Shown here: positions 11,682-23,978 of the stretch, in pieces
Layout: each line of letters opens with the position of its first letter
How positions within the stretch are numbered: the first letter of the stretch is position 1
NCBI GenBank assembly: GCA_951406725.2
Contig: OX597827.1
Location: 44,082,001-44,146,000, forward strand
From: Octopus vulgaris
Taxonomy: Eukaryota
Direction: 5' to 3'
DNA length: 64,000 nucleotides
The notes under the pieces: model-generated
The model's database searches: none
Told to the model about the DNA's origin: nothing
The model's input: the letters and a program-made list of their open reading frames with translations, nothing else
Translations under genes and position numbers: made by a program

Positions 11682-12328
11682 TTCTGCTTCTTCTTCTTCT
11701 TCTTCTCTTTTCTTCTCCCTTTTCTTCTTCTCCCTCTTCTTCTTCTTCTTCTTCTTCTTCCTTTCCACTTCTTCCTCTTCTACCTCTTCTTCCTCTTCTT
11801 CTTCCATTTTTTCCACTTCTTCTTCTTCTTCCGCATCTTCTTCTTCTTCCGCATCTTCTTCTTCTTCCGCATCTTCTTCTTCTTCTGCATCTTCTTCTTC
11901 TTCCTCTTCTTTTCTTCTTCTTCTTCCACTTCTTCTTCTTCTTTTTCTTCTTCTTCTTCTTCTTCTTCCACTTATTCCTCTTCTTCTTCCGCTTCCTCTT
12001 CTTCCTCTTTTCTTCTTCTTCTGCTTCTTCTTTCTTTTCTTTTTCTTCTTCTTCCGTTTCTTATTATTCTTTCTTTTCTTTTTCTTCTTCCTCTTTTTTT
12101 TCTTCTTCTTCTTCCACTTATTCCTCTTCTTCTTCCGCTTCCTCTTCTTCCTCTTTTCTTCTTCTTCTGCTTCTTCTTTCTTTTCTTTTTCTTCTTCTTC
12201 CGTTTCTTATTATTCTTTGTTTTCTTTTTCTTCTTCCTCTTCCTTTTCTTCTTCTTCTTCCATTTCTTCTTCTCCTCCTCTTCTTTCTTCTTCTTCTTCT
12301 TCTTCTTCTTCTTCTTCTTCTTCTTCTC
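11635..12328. repeat. (CTT)n polypyrimidine tract
   Basis: About 700 bp of degenerate CTT repeats with local duplications. Confidence 0.95.
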
Positions 12329-12339
12329 CGTTCTGGTTG

Positions 12340-12531
12340 CTGAAATCCTTAGCGGTATTTTGTATGTCTTTACGTTCTGAGTTCAAATTTCGCCACGGTT
12401 GACTTTGTCTTTCATCTTTTCTAGTTCAATTAAATAAGTACCAGTTACACACCAAGGTCGATGTAATCAACTTAATCCCTTTGTCTGTCCTTGTTTGTCC
12501 CCTCTATGTTTAACTCCCTGTGGGCAATAAT
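12340..12531 (+). mobile_element. Family-B SINE, 5' truncated
   Basis: CTTAGCGGTATTT...GTTCTGAGTTCAAATT...TGTCTGTCCTTGTTTGTCCCCTCT. Confidence 0.75.
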
Positions 12532-12533
12532 GA

Positions 12534-12586
<53 letters not shown>

Positions 12587-12708
12587 TCCTCTTCTTCTTC
12601 ATCATCCTCATCATCACTTCGCCTCTCCACGTCCTCCACCTTCTCCTGCTGCTTCATCATCCTCGTCTTCATTTTCATTTTTGTCTTCTTCTTCTTCTTC
12701 TTCTTCTT

Positions 12709-12801
<93 letters not shown>

Positions 12802-12810
12802 TTATTATTA

Positions 12811-13728
12811 TTCCTTCGTAACATAGTGTAGGTAAAAATGCATCGGAATTTTTAGTCATTTGTCAAGTCACAACAAGGACCTCAGACAGATTATTCTTTC
12901 CTTAAGATGTGCGCTGCGCCCAATAAGGCTGCTTTTTGCAAGACATCAATCTTGCATGGGATTTCCAGTTGCCTTAAGAAGTTTTGAAATTTCAGTGGGA
13001 TTGAGCCCAGCGCTCCGGTCATCACTGGTATCACTTTTACATTACCCTCTCGCATTCCATACAGTCTTGCCATTTCCACTTTTAATTCGGAGTACTTGGT
13101 GATTTTTTTCAAGCTCTTTACTTACAACATTCATGCCATTTGGTATGGCTACATCAATGATCTGATAGTATTTGTCTCTCTTATTCAATATGACAATATC
13201 TGGCCGACGGTGTTCGATTACACGATCCATCTGAAAATCATAGTCCCAGAGTGTCGTTACATTTTCACCTGCCTGCGTAACTTTACTTGGTACATGCTCA
13301 TACCAGTTCTCTGTTAACTCATATTGGTATTTACGGCGTAAGAACCAACAAAGATACACTCAAACTCTATCGTGGCGGCGCTTGTATTCTTTTTGTGCAA
13401 GGCTCTCACATCCACGTACCAAGTGGGTCACATTTTCCACACTCTTTCCACAGAGTTTGCATGTCTGGGTGTCAGAAGTTTTATAGATGTTATACTTCAC
13501 TGAATTGGTAGCGAGAGTCTGGCCCTGTGCAGCAATGATCAGGCTTTCGGTGGTACGATTCAAATCACCTCGCTGAAGCCATGCCCACGTTGCTGTATTA
13601 TCCTTAACGTCCTGTGTACACCTTTCAAACTTTACATGCATTCTCATTTCAAGAAAGTCTTCTTTTCTCTTCTCCTCAGGTCTTTGGTTAAACTCTTCCT
13701 TGCCCATCATTTCATCTGCAGTTACACC

Positions 13729-13730
<2 letters not shown>
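12811..13730 (-). mobile_element. 5'-truncated R4/Dong-clade non-LTR retrotransposon (CCHC zinc knuckle + PD-(D/E)xK REL endonuclease), frameshifted
   Basis: TESLIIAAQ...CKLCGKSVENVTHLVRGC...YKRRHDRV...LWD...RRPDIVI...IIDVAIP...EK/ITKY..L...VIPVMTGALG...LQKAALLGAAHILRKE. Both ends are flanked by (TAA)n. Confidence 0.9.
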
Positions 13731-13795
<65 letters not shown>

Positions 13796-14035
13796 TACTT
13801 TTAATCTGCATGTTTGTTACAATCACTTACCGACACACACCCAGCGTCCTAGGGCGAGTGAAGGATAAGAGATGTTACAGTATGACTGAAAGCCTGGAGA
13901 GGGGAAATGGCAGGGGCAGTAGCGAAATATCTTCATGAAATAAAACGCAAACATTTAAATTGATAGGGTTTTTCTAAGGATGAGGGCAGTATATATCAAC
14001 ACAAACTTTTGGATTTCTGACAATTACTGACCATA

Positions 14036-14206
14036 GGCGCAGGAGTGGCTTTATCGTAAGTAGCTTGCTTACCAACCACATGATTCCAGGTTCAGTCCCA
14101 CTGCGTGGCACCTTGGGCAAATGTCTTTTACTATAGCCTCGGACCGACCAAGGCCTTGTGAGTGGATTTGGTAAACGGAAACTGAAAGAAGCCCGTCGTA
14201 TATATG

Positions 14207-14301
<95 letters not shown>

Positions 14302-14514
14302 TTGTGTGTCTGTGTTTGTCCCCCCAACATCGCTTGACAACCGATGCTGGAGTGTTTATGTCCCCGTAACGTAGCAGTTCGGCAAAACAGACCGATAGAA
14401 TAAGTACTAGGCTTATAAAGAATAAGTCCTGGGGTCGATTTGCTCAACTAAAGGCGGTGCTCCAGCATGGCCGCAGTCAAATGACTGAAACAAGTAAAGA
14501 GAGAGTAAAAGAGA
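14036..14514 (+). mobile_element. Family-A tRNA-derived SINE, full length, internal (TA)n(TG)n
   Basis: Head GGCGCAGGAGTGGC...GGTTCAGTCCCA and 3' end GCAGTCAAATGACTGAAACAAGTAAAGA. Confidence 0.9.
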
Positions 14515-14584
14515 ATTTAAATGTCTGTGTCGTCATACATGAAGCTATTTCGATGGTGTGCACGAATGGTTACATTCGGAATCA

Positions 14585-14716
14585 AGGGATTAAGTCGATT
14601 ACAACGACCCCAGTGCATAACTGGTACTTTATTTATCAACCCCGAAAGGATGAAATGCAAAGTCGACCTCGGCGGAATTTGAACTCAGAAAGTAGCATTT
14701 CTGGCAGCTCGCCATT
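14585..14716 (-). mobile_element. Family-B SINE fragment
   Basis: AAGTCGATTACAACGACCCCAGT...AAGTCGACCTCGGCGGAATTTGAACTCAGAA. Confidence 0.75.
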
Positions 14717-16613
14717 TTAGTCGAAATATTTATTATTAGAAGATTCCACTTTTTGATAATAGTGTGAAAGCAAAGGATTCCAGTGGGATTTCAAATATTA
14801 ATCGCTTCGTATACTTTCATTCCGATTTATGCTGGATTAAATTATACTGCAGGTGGTTTACAAACGGATGACGACTTTCTAATTAGAGAAACTCTCAAAC
14901 GAATGCAATCAAATGAATTCATAAGAACACTAATTACGTTAGGGAGATGTGCTTGCATGACTAGTGTTTAGATCTGCGAACGACCATATGTGGAAACGAA
15001 AACGACTGCAGCGTGGGAGACACAAGTTAGCCATTCAGAAACAGAGAAACACAAACGTTGTCAGTGAGCAGATCGCAGTTTGGAATAACGAAGATTTCGA
15101 CACCAGATCACAAACAATTGTTGTTTAAGTGATGTTAAGTATGTTTGAGTGTTTTTAAATATAGCTAACATGTGTCTTCCACAATGCAATCGTTACTAAT
15201 TATGTTATTTCATGATTTAAACACGAATACTGTCTGTAGCAAACTTAAAATAGTAAAAATTTCTTAGATGTAAAATTTAAATTCAATAAAAATAAATTCC
15301 GGCTCTACCTTAAAACAAATGATTAAATATAATGTAAAAACAAAACAGTATATTTCTTAGACGTAACATTTAAATTAGATAACACTAAACTGCAACCTTG
15401 TCTTAAACCAAATAATTCGATAACGCAATTTTAGCCATTCATAAATCGTAATTATAAATTTGCAATGCATCCTTAAATAAAAACGGTTTTAAGTATTGAA
15501 TCATCAGTTTTTTTTTCGAAAATTCATTTAATAAACGATGTCTAGGCGTAGTTTTAAAGAATAAAAATTAGTTATTTAAATCTAGCCAAGATAAAAACAA
15601 AAACCGTAAAAGAAATATGGCATGGTTTAATCTACCTAATTCGATTAGTGTAACCTTATGAGCATTTTTCTAAATCTTGTACATTTTCACACATGAGATC
15701 TCACACACGCGCGCGCGCATAATGTATGTATGTATGTATTATGTGTGTACATGCGTGCGTGTATGTATGTACGATGTTGGAACAAAAACACGTAAGTATA
15801 AAGAAAGAACTCGATAACAGAAAATAACATGACAGAGTAATATTAATTTATCAAAGCCATAGTCTTAGTGAATTGAGGAAGATTTAGATGTCATCGATTA
15901 GCCCGAGGTCAGTACTAAGCATGTAGACCTATAATCAAAGATGTTCCAGCTATTATCATCAGGACTATTTCGTTCATCAAAGATTACATCGTCTAGAAGC
16001 GTCTCTCTTTAAGACGATGAGGCGGGTGTGTTGTGATATGAGAGAAATTTCTCTACTATTTCCGGCAATATCAGACATTAAACATGTAGTTATTTTCTCT
16101 AATCTTCTCTCGTTTTGTTATATACTACATCCTCCCAGGGCCGGCCGAGACACAGATTTCTCCTCCTTTCGATAAGAGATTTTGAAATTCTTTCTACGTT
16201 TCACAACACCCCCCGTCCTGCACAAACGTAGCCACATTAGATTACATAATAATATACCCTTTTTTCCTTTGCACCGTTCTTCCCCAGACTATTTAATAAG
16301 AAAACCCTTCTCTCTTTCACTCTCTCTCTGTCTCTTTCCTTCGAGAGACATTAACTTAAACAGTGCAGCAACTGTACCAACTTGGCAAAGTCTCACGAGG
16401 CTTGCGTAGGTCATTGAGACCGCGTTGTTCACTTAAAGACCACAAGCAGATGACTGATTCTTAGTTCATAGTCATAGCAGCTACCTGTTGGGATAGAAAA
16501 TGGACAAATGAAATACGAATTAAAATATATTAATGAATGCTTTCAGCATTTGTGTTGGCCTGAGAGAGCTGTGAAGTAAACGGGACCCGGCTTGGATTAC
16601 TACTGTTTTCTAA

Positions 16614-16772
16614 GCAGGAGTGGCTGTGTGGTAAGTAGCTTGCTAACCAACCACATGGTTCCGGGTTCAGTCCCACTGCGTGACATCTTGGGCAAGTGTC
16701 TTCTGCTATAGCCCCAGGCCGACCAATGCCTTGTGAGTGGATTTGGTAGACGGAAACTGAAAGAAGCCTGTC

Positions 16773-16836
<64 letters not shown>

Positions 16837-17038
16837 GTGTGTGTGTTTGTCCCCCCTAGCGTTGCTTGACAACCGATGCTGGTGTGTTTACGTCCCCGTA
16901 ACTTAGCGGTTCGGCAAAAGAGACCGATAGAATAAGTACTGGGCTTACAAAGAATAAGTCCCGGGGTCGATTTGATCGACTAAAGGCGGTGCTCCAGCAT
17001 GGCCGCAGTCAAATGACTGAAACAAGTAAAAGAGTAAA
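16614..17038 (+). mobile_element. Family-A tRNA-derived SINE, near full length
   Basis: A box TGGCTGTGTGG, B box GGTTCAGTCC and an internal (TA)n. The 3' half is collinear with the 14036 copy. Confidence 0.9.
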
Positions 17039-17263
17039 GCGCGAACATTTTCTCCCTGATAATAAACTACAGATTTTTCTGTAGTATTTAACTTGACGAC
17101 ACCCGCGGATGGGTAGGGGAAGGTGATGAACTTCATTCGCATTTTAAATTCGGCGGTACTGACACTGAATATGATCTCTCTGATTCCGTTAGGTGGAGAG
17201 ATATGTTCAATTCTTCCAGTGCCTTCAAATTTAATATTTTTTAATATTTAATATTGTTGAAGT

Positions 17264-17345
17264 CCCATGCTGATGAAGGAAATGTTTGAGTAAAGTACAA
17301 TTCTATATTCTTTATACCGATCTAATTCCGAAACGCCTACATGGG
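17264..17345 (+). ncRNA. Type I hammerhead ribozyme motif
   Basis: CCCATG CTGATGA A GGAA...TTCC GAAA CGCC TA CATGGG. Stem I is a perfect 6 bp and the core is canonical. Stem III is one change from the palindrome ACGCGT. Confidence 0.75.
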
Positions 17346-17537
17346 TAATCAGATATCGATTGATTTTCGTTATTTTTCCTCTCTGCCTGCGTGGATTGTT
17401 TTCAAGTATTTTGTTTTTCCTGGAAGTATTTTGTTTTTCCTTTTTAAAGTAGAGGAAATAGCTAAAGTTTTGGGGCTGCTATTTCTAAACTTCGGTATGT
17501 AGTGGAGCAAATCTTTGCTGAACCCTAATTATAAAGT

Positions 17538-17612
<75 letters not shown>

Positions 17613-17640
17613 TTATATATATTTATATATATATATGTTC

Positions 17641-18081
17641 TCACATTAAGTTAGTAACAAACCATCAATTTATCGTACTGCTACTGCGTAACTCTCTCTG
17701 ATAGATTTAGAGATGCAATATTTCTAATTTTGTAGATCAGTGAATTTATTTCACTTGAAATTCTATAAGTTTTCAGCAGTAATTTAGCGCCGATAGCTAG
17801 CAAAGCCAAGCTACCCCAGACTGATGAAGAGCAACTACCCTGAAACTAGTTTCCAAATGCCGGCTTTGGGTGGAGTTGCTTATCTCCCCTGTTTGAAAAC
17901 TTAAAGACACAGAACGCTTGTGTCACTTAACAAACTAGAAACGGTGTTTCTTGGGGCTAAATAGAATTTGCATTCTTACCTTTCCTTGCATTGTCACATT
18001 AGTTTGGCAACAAGCGTCACTATATCGTTCTGCTACGGTATAACCCTCTGAGAGATTTAGAAATGCAATATTTCTAATTTT
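17641..18081 (+). mobile_element. ORF-less ~350-bp unit with ~90-bp terminal direct repeat and central hammerhead core (retrozyme/pLTR-like)
   Basis: 17641-17731 is similar to 17994-18081 (TCACATTA...TATCGT.CTGCTAC...GATTTAGA.ATGCAATATTTCTAATTTT). CTGATGA...GAAACTAGTT lies at 17821-17851. Flanked by (TA)n. Confidence 0.65.
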
Positions 18082-18115
18082 ATATATACATATATATCCC
18101 CATCTTTCTCTTCCC

Positions 18116-18147
<32 letters not shown>

Positions 18148-18225
18148 TATCTCTCTCTCGTTGTTCACACGTGACCATCGTCTGTCTTTCTTTTCCTGCA
18201 CAGACGTTCAAAATAGCGAACGTGC

Positions 18226-18278
<53 letters not shown>

Positions 18279-18628
18279 CTTTTCTCTTTTCAAAAAAATG
18301 TTTCTCCTAGCGTTCGCTATTTTCTTGCTCTGGTCTAACGACCCTCCATGTTTGTTTTCATTCGGTTTTCTTGTATGTCTCCACTGTCCTGTTTTTGTTC
18401 CCAACTTTGGCCCTCCATAAATCCTAAATTCTATTTTAGAATTTATGGGAACAACAATCTTTGAAGACTCATATTGTCGTTGAATGCTCGAAACGAGGGG
18501 TGGATAGACAGCCAACAACTGATAAAGGGTCCTTTCTCTGTGTTTACTTGTCCTGTTTTCCATTTTTCTTTCGTTGTCTTTCGTATTTCATGTTATTTGC
18601 ACCATCGATGACGTCCTGTACCCATTTA

Positions 18629-18686
<58 letters not shown>

Positions 18687-18877
18687 CACGTGACCGACCA
18701 GACCATCAGATGTTGTTACACATCGCTGGACACAATGCGTTCGCATTGTTTTAGCCTTCGAATGACGCCACCCCGCTGGCTAAGAGATCAGGCCAATAAA
18801 TATACATACATACATACACCCATGCATGTATGTATATATGCATGTATGTATATATATAACGCATGTGTTTATATATG

Positions 18878-18944
<67 letters not shown>

Positions 18945-19098
18945 ATATATATGTATATATAACAAGTGTGAGCATACAAGTACATTCTCATACATATAAA
19001 CATATACACACACAGACACATACATGTACATACGTATGGATAGAAAATATGACGCACTCGAACTCGTGTACATAAATACATTCATAAAATGATGTGTG

Positions 19099-19135
<37 letters not shown>

Positions 19136-19529
19136 TATTATAAAAGGCAGATTTTATCTGCCTCCCTTTGGGAGTTATACAAATCTACAATATAGGATTT
19201 CTTCAATTACAATTTACCTAGCAATTTTAAGAGTACAATGCATCGCGTCATGCCAGGTCCAGTTTTTAAAATTTAAACTCCAATTAAGCAAAATTTACAG
19301 AAAACTCACATTCTGGTGTGCGTGTCAAATGTTTTTCTTAGTCTGGTTTACACCACACGCAAACGCACACACACACAAAGGGAGCGAATTGTTTCACTGA
19401 CGCTATCACCCTTCTCCTCCTTTGTTTTGCAAGTTGGCAGCTATTAAAGTGAAAACAGTGAATCCGACAGCGATAAAGAAAACGAATTGGTACCTGAATG
19501 GAGTGAAAATTTAAAAACTGTTTCTTTCG

Positions 19530-19756
19530 GTGAGTTTTCTGAAGAAACTGGACCAAGCCACTGACTTTCCCAGAAGAGTAAAGCCTTAGACTATTTCTAT
19601 TTACTTTTTCGAATGAGCCTATTTGAAATCATTACGCTAAACGTAAACAAACCGAAAGAAAGGATAGTTTGTTATTTCCCACAATCTTAAATGAAATTAA
19701 GGCCTATTTTGCCATAAATATTATTATGGGTATCAGAAAGTTACCCAGAATAACAA
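19530..19756 (+). pseudogene. piggyBac-like transposase N-terminal fragment captured in Helitron
   Basis: EFSEETGPSH*LSQKSKALDYFYLLF...LFEII.../LNEIKAYFAINIIMGIRKLP resembles the start of the DDE_Tnp_1_7 domain. It contains a stop and a frameshift. Confidence 0.7.
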
Positions 19757-20105
19757 ATTCTATTGTAAAATTTTGTTGTATACCCAATTGAATATTAGCT
19801 AATAACCCATTTTCTATAGCGATGTTTGAACAAAATTTTAATAATTTTACAGAAAGTTACCCAGAATAACAAATTCTATCGTAAAATTTTGTTGTATACC
19901 CAATTGAATATTAGCTAATAACCCATTTTCTATAGCGATGTTTGAACAAAATTTTAATAATTTTACAGAAAGTTACCCAGAATAACAAATTCTATCGTAA
20001 AATTTTGTTGTATACCCAATTGAATATTAGCTAATAACCCATTTTCTATAGCGATGTTTGAACAAAATTTTAATAATTTTACAGAAAGTTACCCAGAATA
20101 ACAAA
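19734..20105. repeat. 116-bp tandem repeat, ~3.2 near-identical copies, inside Helitron
   Basis: CAGAAAGTTACCCAGAATAACAAA starts at 19734, 19850, 19966 and 20082. Confidence 0.95.
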
Positions 20106-20412
20106 CGAGCCCTTCTGGGTATTAGCGCGCGTCTACGATGAGTCTACGATTTAAAAAAAAATTACCATCATATTTTTCCATTTTAATGCATTTTTTCGCT
20201 TTTATATAAGGGAAGTAACTCTCTAAAAATATCTACGATGTGTCAACGATTTAAAGAAAAATTTACCTTAATTTTTTTTCAATTTTTAATGCATTCTTTT
20301 TGCTATTTTTTGGTTATAACTCTCTAAAAATGCTTATATAGTTATTTCCCTTACAAACCCGAGCAACGCCGGGCGATACTGCTAGTATATATATATATAT
20401 ATCTTATTATAA

Positions 20413-21106
20413 TCTCTTATTATAAAAGGCAGATTTTATCTGCCTCCCTTTGGGAGTTATACAAATCTACAATATAGGATTTCTTCAATTACAATTTACC
20501 TTGCATTTTTAAGAGTACAATGCATCGCGTCATGCCAGGTCCAGTTTTAAAAATTTAAACTCCAGTTAAGCAAAATTTACAGAAAAACTCACATTCTGGT
20601 GTGTGTGTCAAATGATTTTCTTAGTCTGGTTTACACCACACGCAAACGCACACACACAGTGGGCAACGAATAAAATGAAAGTAAATAGCGACAGAGTGAT
20701 TTGAGGAAGACTAAAGTGAAAGTATTCTGTCTATGACGCTGATAGATACATGAGTAAAATGTATGGGAAGCTAAGAGCTAAGAGTGAGTGAAAATGTTCT
20801 TGGAAGAGAGTAATTAGTAATAAAGTAAACATACACTCATACATACATACATACATACATACATACATACATACATACATACACACACACATACACACAC
20901 ACATACATACACACACACATACATACATACACATACATACATACACACATATACATACATACATATACATATACATACATACAAACACACACATACACAC
21001 ACACACAGTATTGAAGCTTGAGAACAATCAGATACATTTGCAACACATCTGTTGAAAATATTATTGTTCACACACATACATATACATATATACATACAGA
21101 CAGACA

Positions 21107-21148
<42 letters not shown>

Positions 21149-21884
21149 ATCCAGCATGGACCACAACCTCAAGGCTGAAACATATAAAAGAATAACAGAA
21201 TATAAATGTGTGCAAAGTACAAGAAATATTAATGCAGTATATGGGGATTGGACAATAAGCGTAAGGCAGTGTCAATGGTGGTTCCAGAAATCCCGAGCCA
21301 TAAACTACAGCCTAGAAGACGAGCCTCATCCTGAAAGATCTGTAGAACTCGACAAGGACATCCTGAAAACCCTGGTGGAACAAAATCTCATCGTAACTGT
21401 TGAGGAACTAGCAGAGAAGCTTGGATTTGGTCATTCAACCATTCATTGAGACCTGTGTGCTATCGGAAAAGTCAGCAAATTGGGTCAATGGGTTCCTCAC
21501 GAACTTTCCGAGTCTAATTGCATGCAGAGAGTGAATGTATGCTTTCCTTTGCTGTCATATCTCACCACTACTGCGCTATGTATATCTATATATATAAAAC
21601 TGTAGTTGTGTGAGTGTCTGTCCCCTTCGATTTAGATTCCTAACTACTCCCACATTTTGCGGTGCAGTTTAACCAAATTCGGGTAGCTTATAGTCGTGAT
21701 TCATATCGAGCCCGTCTGAATATTAGCGCGCGTCTACGATGAGTCTACGATTTTAAAAATAATTTAACATCATTTTTTATTCCATTTTAATGCATTTTTT
21801 GCTATTTTTTGGTTATAACTCTCTAAAAATGCTTATATAGTTATTTCCCATACAAACCCGAGCAACGCCGGGCGATACTGCTAG
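20413..21884 (+). mobile_element. Composite non-autonomous Helitron, copy 2
   Basis: Same 5' end as copy 1. It has a second internal Helitron-type start TCTATATATATAAAA near 21585 and the same hairpin plus CTAG end. Confidence 0.85.
21156..21560 (+). pseudogene. mariner transposase N-terminal fragment (HTH + WVPHEL) inside Helitron copy 2
   Basis: RNINAVYGDWTISVRQCQWWFQK...LEDEP...TVEELAEKLGFGHSTIH*DLCAIGKVSKLGQWVPHEL. Confidence 0.85.
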
Positions 21885-22492
21885 TCTTATTATAAAAGGC
21901 AGATTTTATCTGCCTCCCTTTGGGAGTTATACAAATCTACAATATAGGATTTCTTCAATTACAATTTACCTAGCAGTTTTGAGAGTACAATGCATCGCGT
22001 CATGCCAGGTCCAGTATTTAAAATTTAAACTCCAATTAAGCAAAATTTACAGAAAACTCACATTCTGGTGTGTGTGTCAAATGCTTTTCTTAGTCTGGTT
22101 TACACCACACGCAAACGCACACACACAGTGGGCAACGAATAAAATGAAAGTAAATAGCGACAGAGTGATTTGAGGAAGACTAAACTGAAAGTATTCTGTC
22201 TATGACGCTGATAGATACATGAGTAAAATGTATGGGAAGCTAAGAGCTAAGAGTGAGTGAAAATGTTCTTGGAAGAGAGTAAATAGCGAGAGAGAGAGAG
22301 TGATTTGAGGAAGACTACATTAAATAACCGTAGTGGCTTGTGTTAGTAATAAAGTAAACATACACTCATACATACATACATACATACATACATACATACA
22401 TACATACATACATACATACATACATACATACACACACACACATACACACACATACATACACACACACATACATACATACATACATACATACA

Positions 22493-22524
<32 letters not shown>

Positions 22525-22661
22525 CATACATACATACACACACACACATACACACACACACAGTATTGAAGCTTGAGAACAATCAGATACATTTGCAACA
22601 CATCTGTTGAAAATATTATTGCTCACACATATACATATACATATATACATACAGACAGACA

Positions 22662-22697
<36 letters not shown>

Positions 22698-23767
22698 ATC
22701 CAGCATGGCCACAACCTCAAGGCTGAAACATATAAAAGAATAACAGAATATAAATGTGTGCAAAGTACAAGAAATATTAATGCAGTATATGGGGATTGGA
22801 CAATAAGCGTAAGGCAGTGTCAATGGTGGTTCCAGAAATTCCGAGCCATAAACTACAGCCTAGAAGACGAGCCTCATCCTGAAAGATCTGTAGAACTCGA
22901 CAAGGACATCCTGAAAACCCTGGTGGAACAAAATCTCATCGTAACTGTTGAGGAACTAGCAGAGAAGCTTGGATTTGGTCATTCAACCATTCATTGAGAC
23001 CTGTGTGCTATCGGAAAAGTCAGCAAATTGGGTCAATGGGTTCCTCACGAACTTTCCGAGTCTAATTGCATGCAGAGAGTGAATGTATGCTTTTCTTTGC
23101 TGTCACATCTCACCACTACTGCGCTATGTATATCTATATATATAAAACTGTAGTTGTGTGAGTGTCTGTCCCCTTCGATTTAGATTCCTAACTACTCCCA
23201 CATTTTGCGGTGCAGTTTAACCAAATTCGGGTAGCTTATAGTCGTGATTCATATTGAGCCCGTCTGAATATTAGCGCGCGTCTACGATGAGTCTACGATT
23301 TTAAAAATAGTTTAACATCATTTTTTATTCCATTTTAATGCATAATTTTTCGTGTGTCGATGGCGGCGGAGTTGGCGTCCACGCTCACACCTGCACCTGT
23401 GGGGAAGGGAGTGTAAGGAAATCAACGTCGTAATGCGTTGTCAAGGAGACCAGTGTTCTTTTAGAACAACGACTTCATGGCTTGAAGACACCAAAACAGA
23501 AATGGCTAAGAAAGCGTCTACATGAGTCTACGATTTAAAAAAATATTTACCATCGTTTTTTTTCCATTTTAATGCATTTTTTCGCTATTATATAAGGGAA
23601 GTAACTCTCTAAAAATGTCTACGATGAGTCAACGATTTTAAAAAAATTTACCATCATATTTTTTCCATTTTTAATGCATTTTTTGCTATTTTTTGGCTAT
23701 AACTCTCTAAAAATGCTTATATAGTTATTTCCCTTACAAACCCGAGCAACGCCGGGCGATACTGCTA

Positions 23768-23768
<1 letters not shown>
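21885..23768 (+). mobile_element. Composite non-autonomous Helitron, copy 3, fused head-to-tail to copy 2
   Basis: Junction ...ACTGCTAG|TCTTATTATAAAAGGC at 21884/21885. Ends with CCCGAGCAACGCCGGGCGATACTGCTAG followed by (TA)n. Confidence 0.85.
22704..23108 (+). pseudogene. mariner transposase N-terminal fragment inside Helitron copy 3
   Basis: Near-identical to 21156-21560, with the same internal TGA and the WVPHEL motif. Confidence 0.85.
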
Positions 23769-23816
<48 letters not shown>

Positions 23817-23944
23817 CAAGTATGTATGTATATGTATGTGTAAGTATGTGTTTTTGTATCTCTGTATATGTCTATATACATATATAATCACATACTTATA
23901 CATACACGCACACAAAAATATACACAAATACACACATACATACA

Positions 23945-23978
<34 letters not shown>

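Larger units (their letters stand above)
19131..20385 (+). mobile_element. Non-autonomous Helitron, copy 1
   Basis: 5' TCTCTTATTATAAAAG. The 3' hairpin CCCGAGCAACGCCGGG is followed by terminal CTAG. It sits between A and T in (TA)n with no TSD. Confidence 0.85.

Noticed and set aside
14845-15130. Possible host exon after CTGCAG (GLQTDDDFLIRETLKRMQ...)
   Set aside because: The polypyrimidine tract is weak, the frames are short, and there is no recognisable homology or partner exon.
18480-18540. GAAAC ... CTGATAA possible permuted hammerhead
   Set aside because: The core is non-canonical without a compensating change, and the stems are unconvincing.
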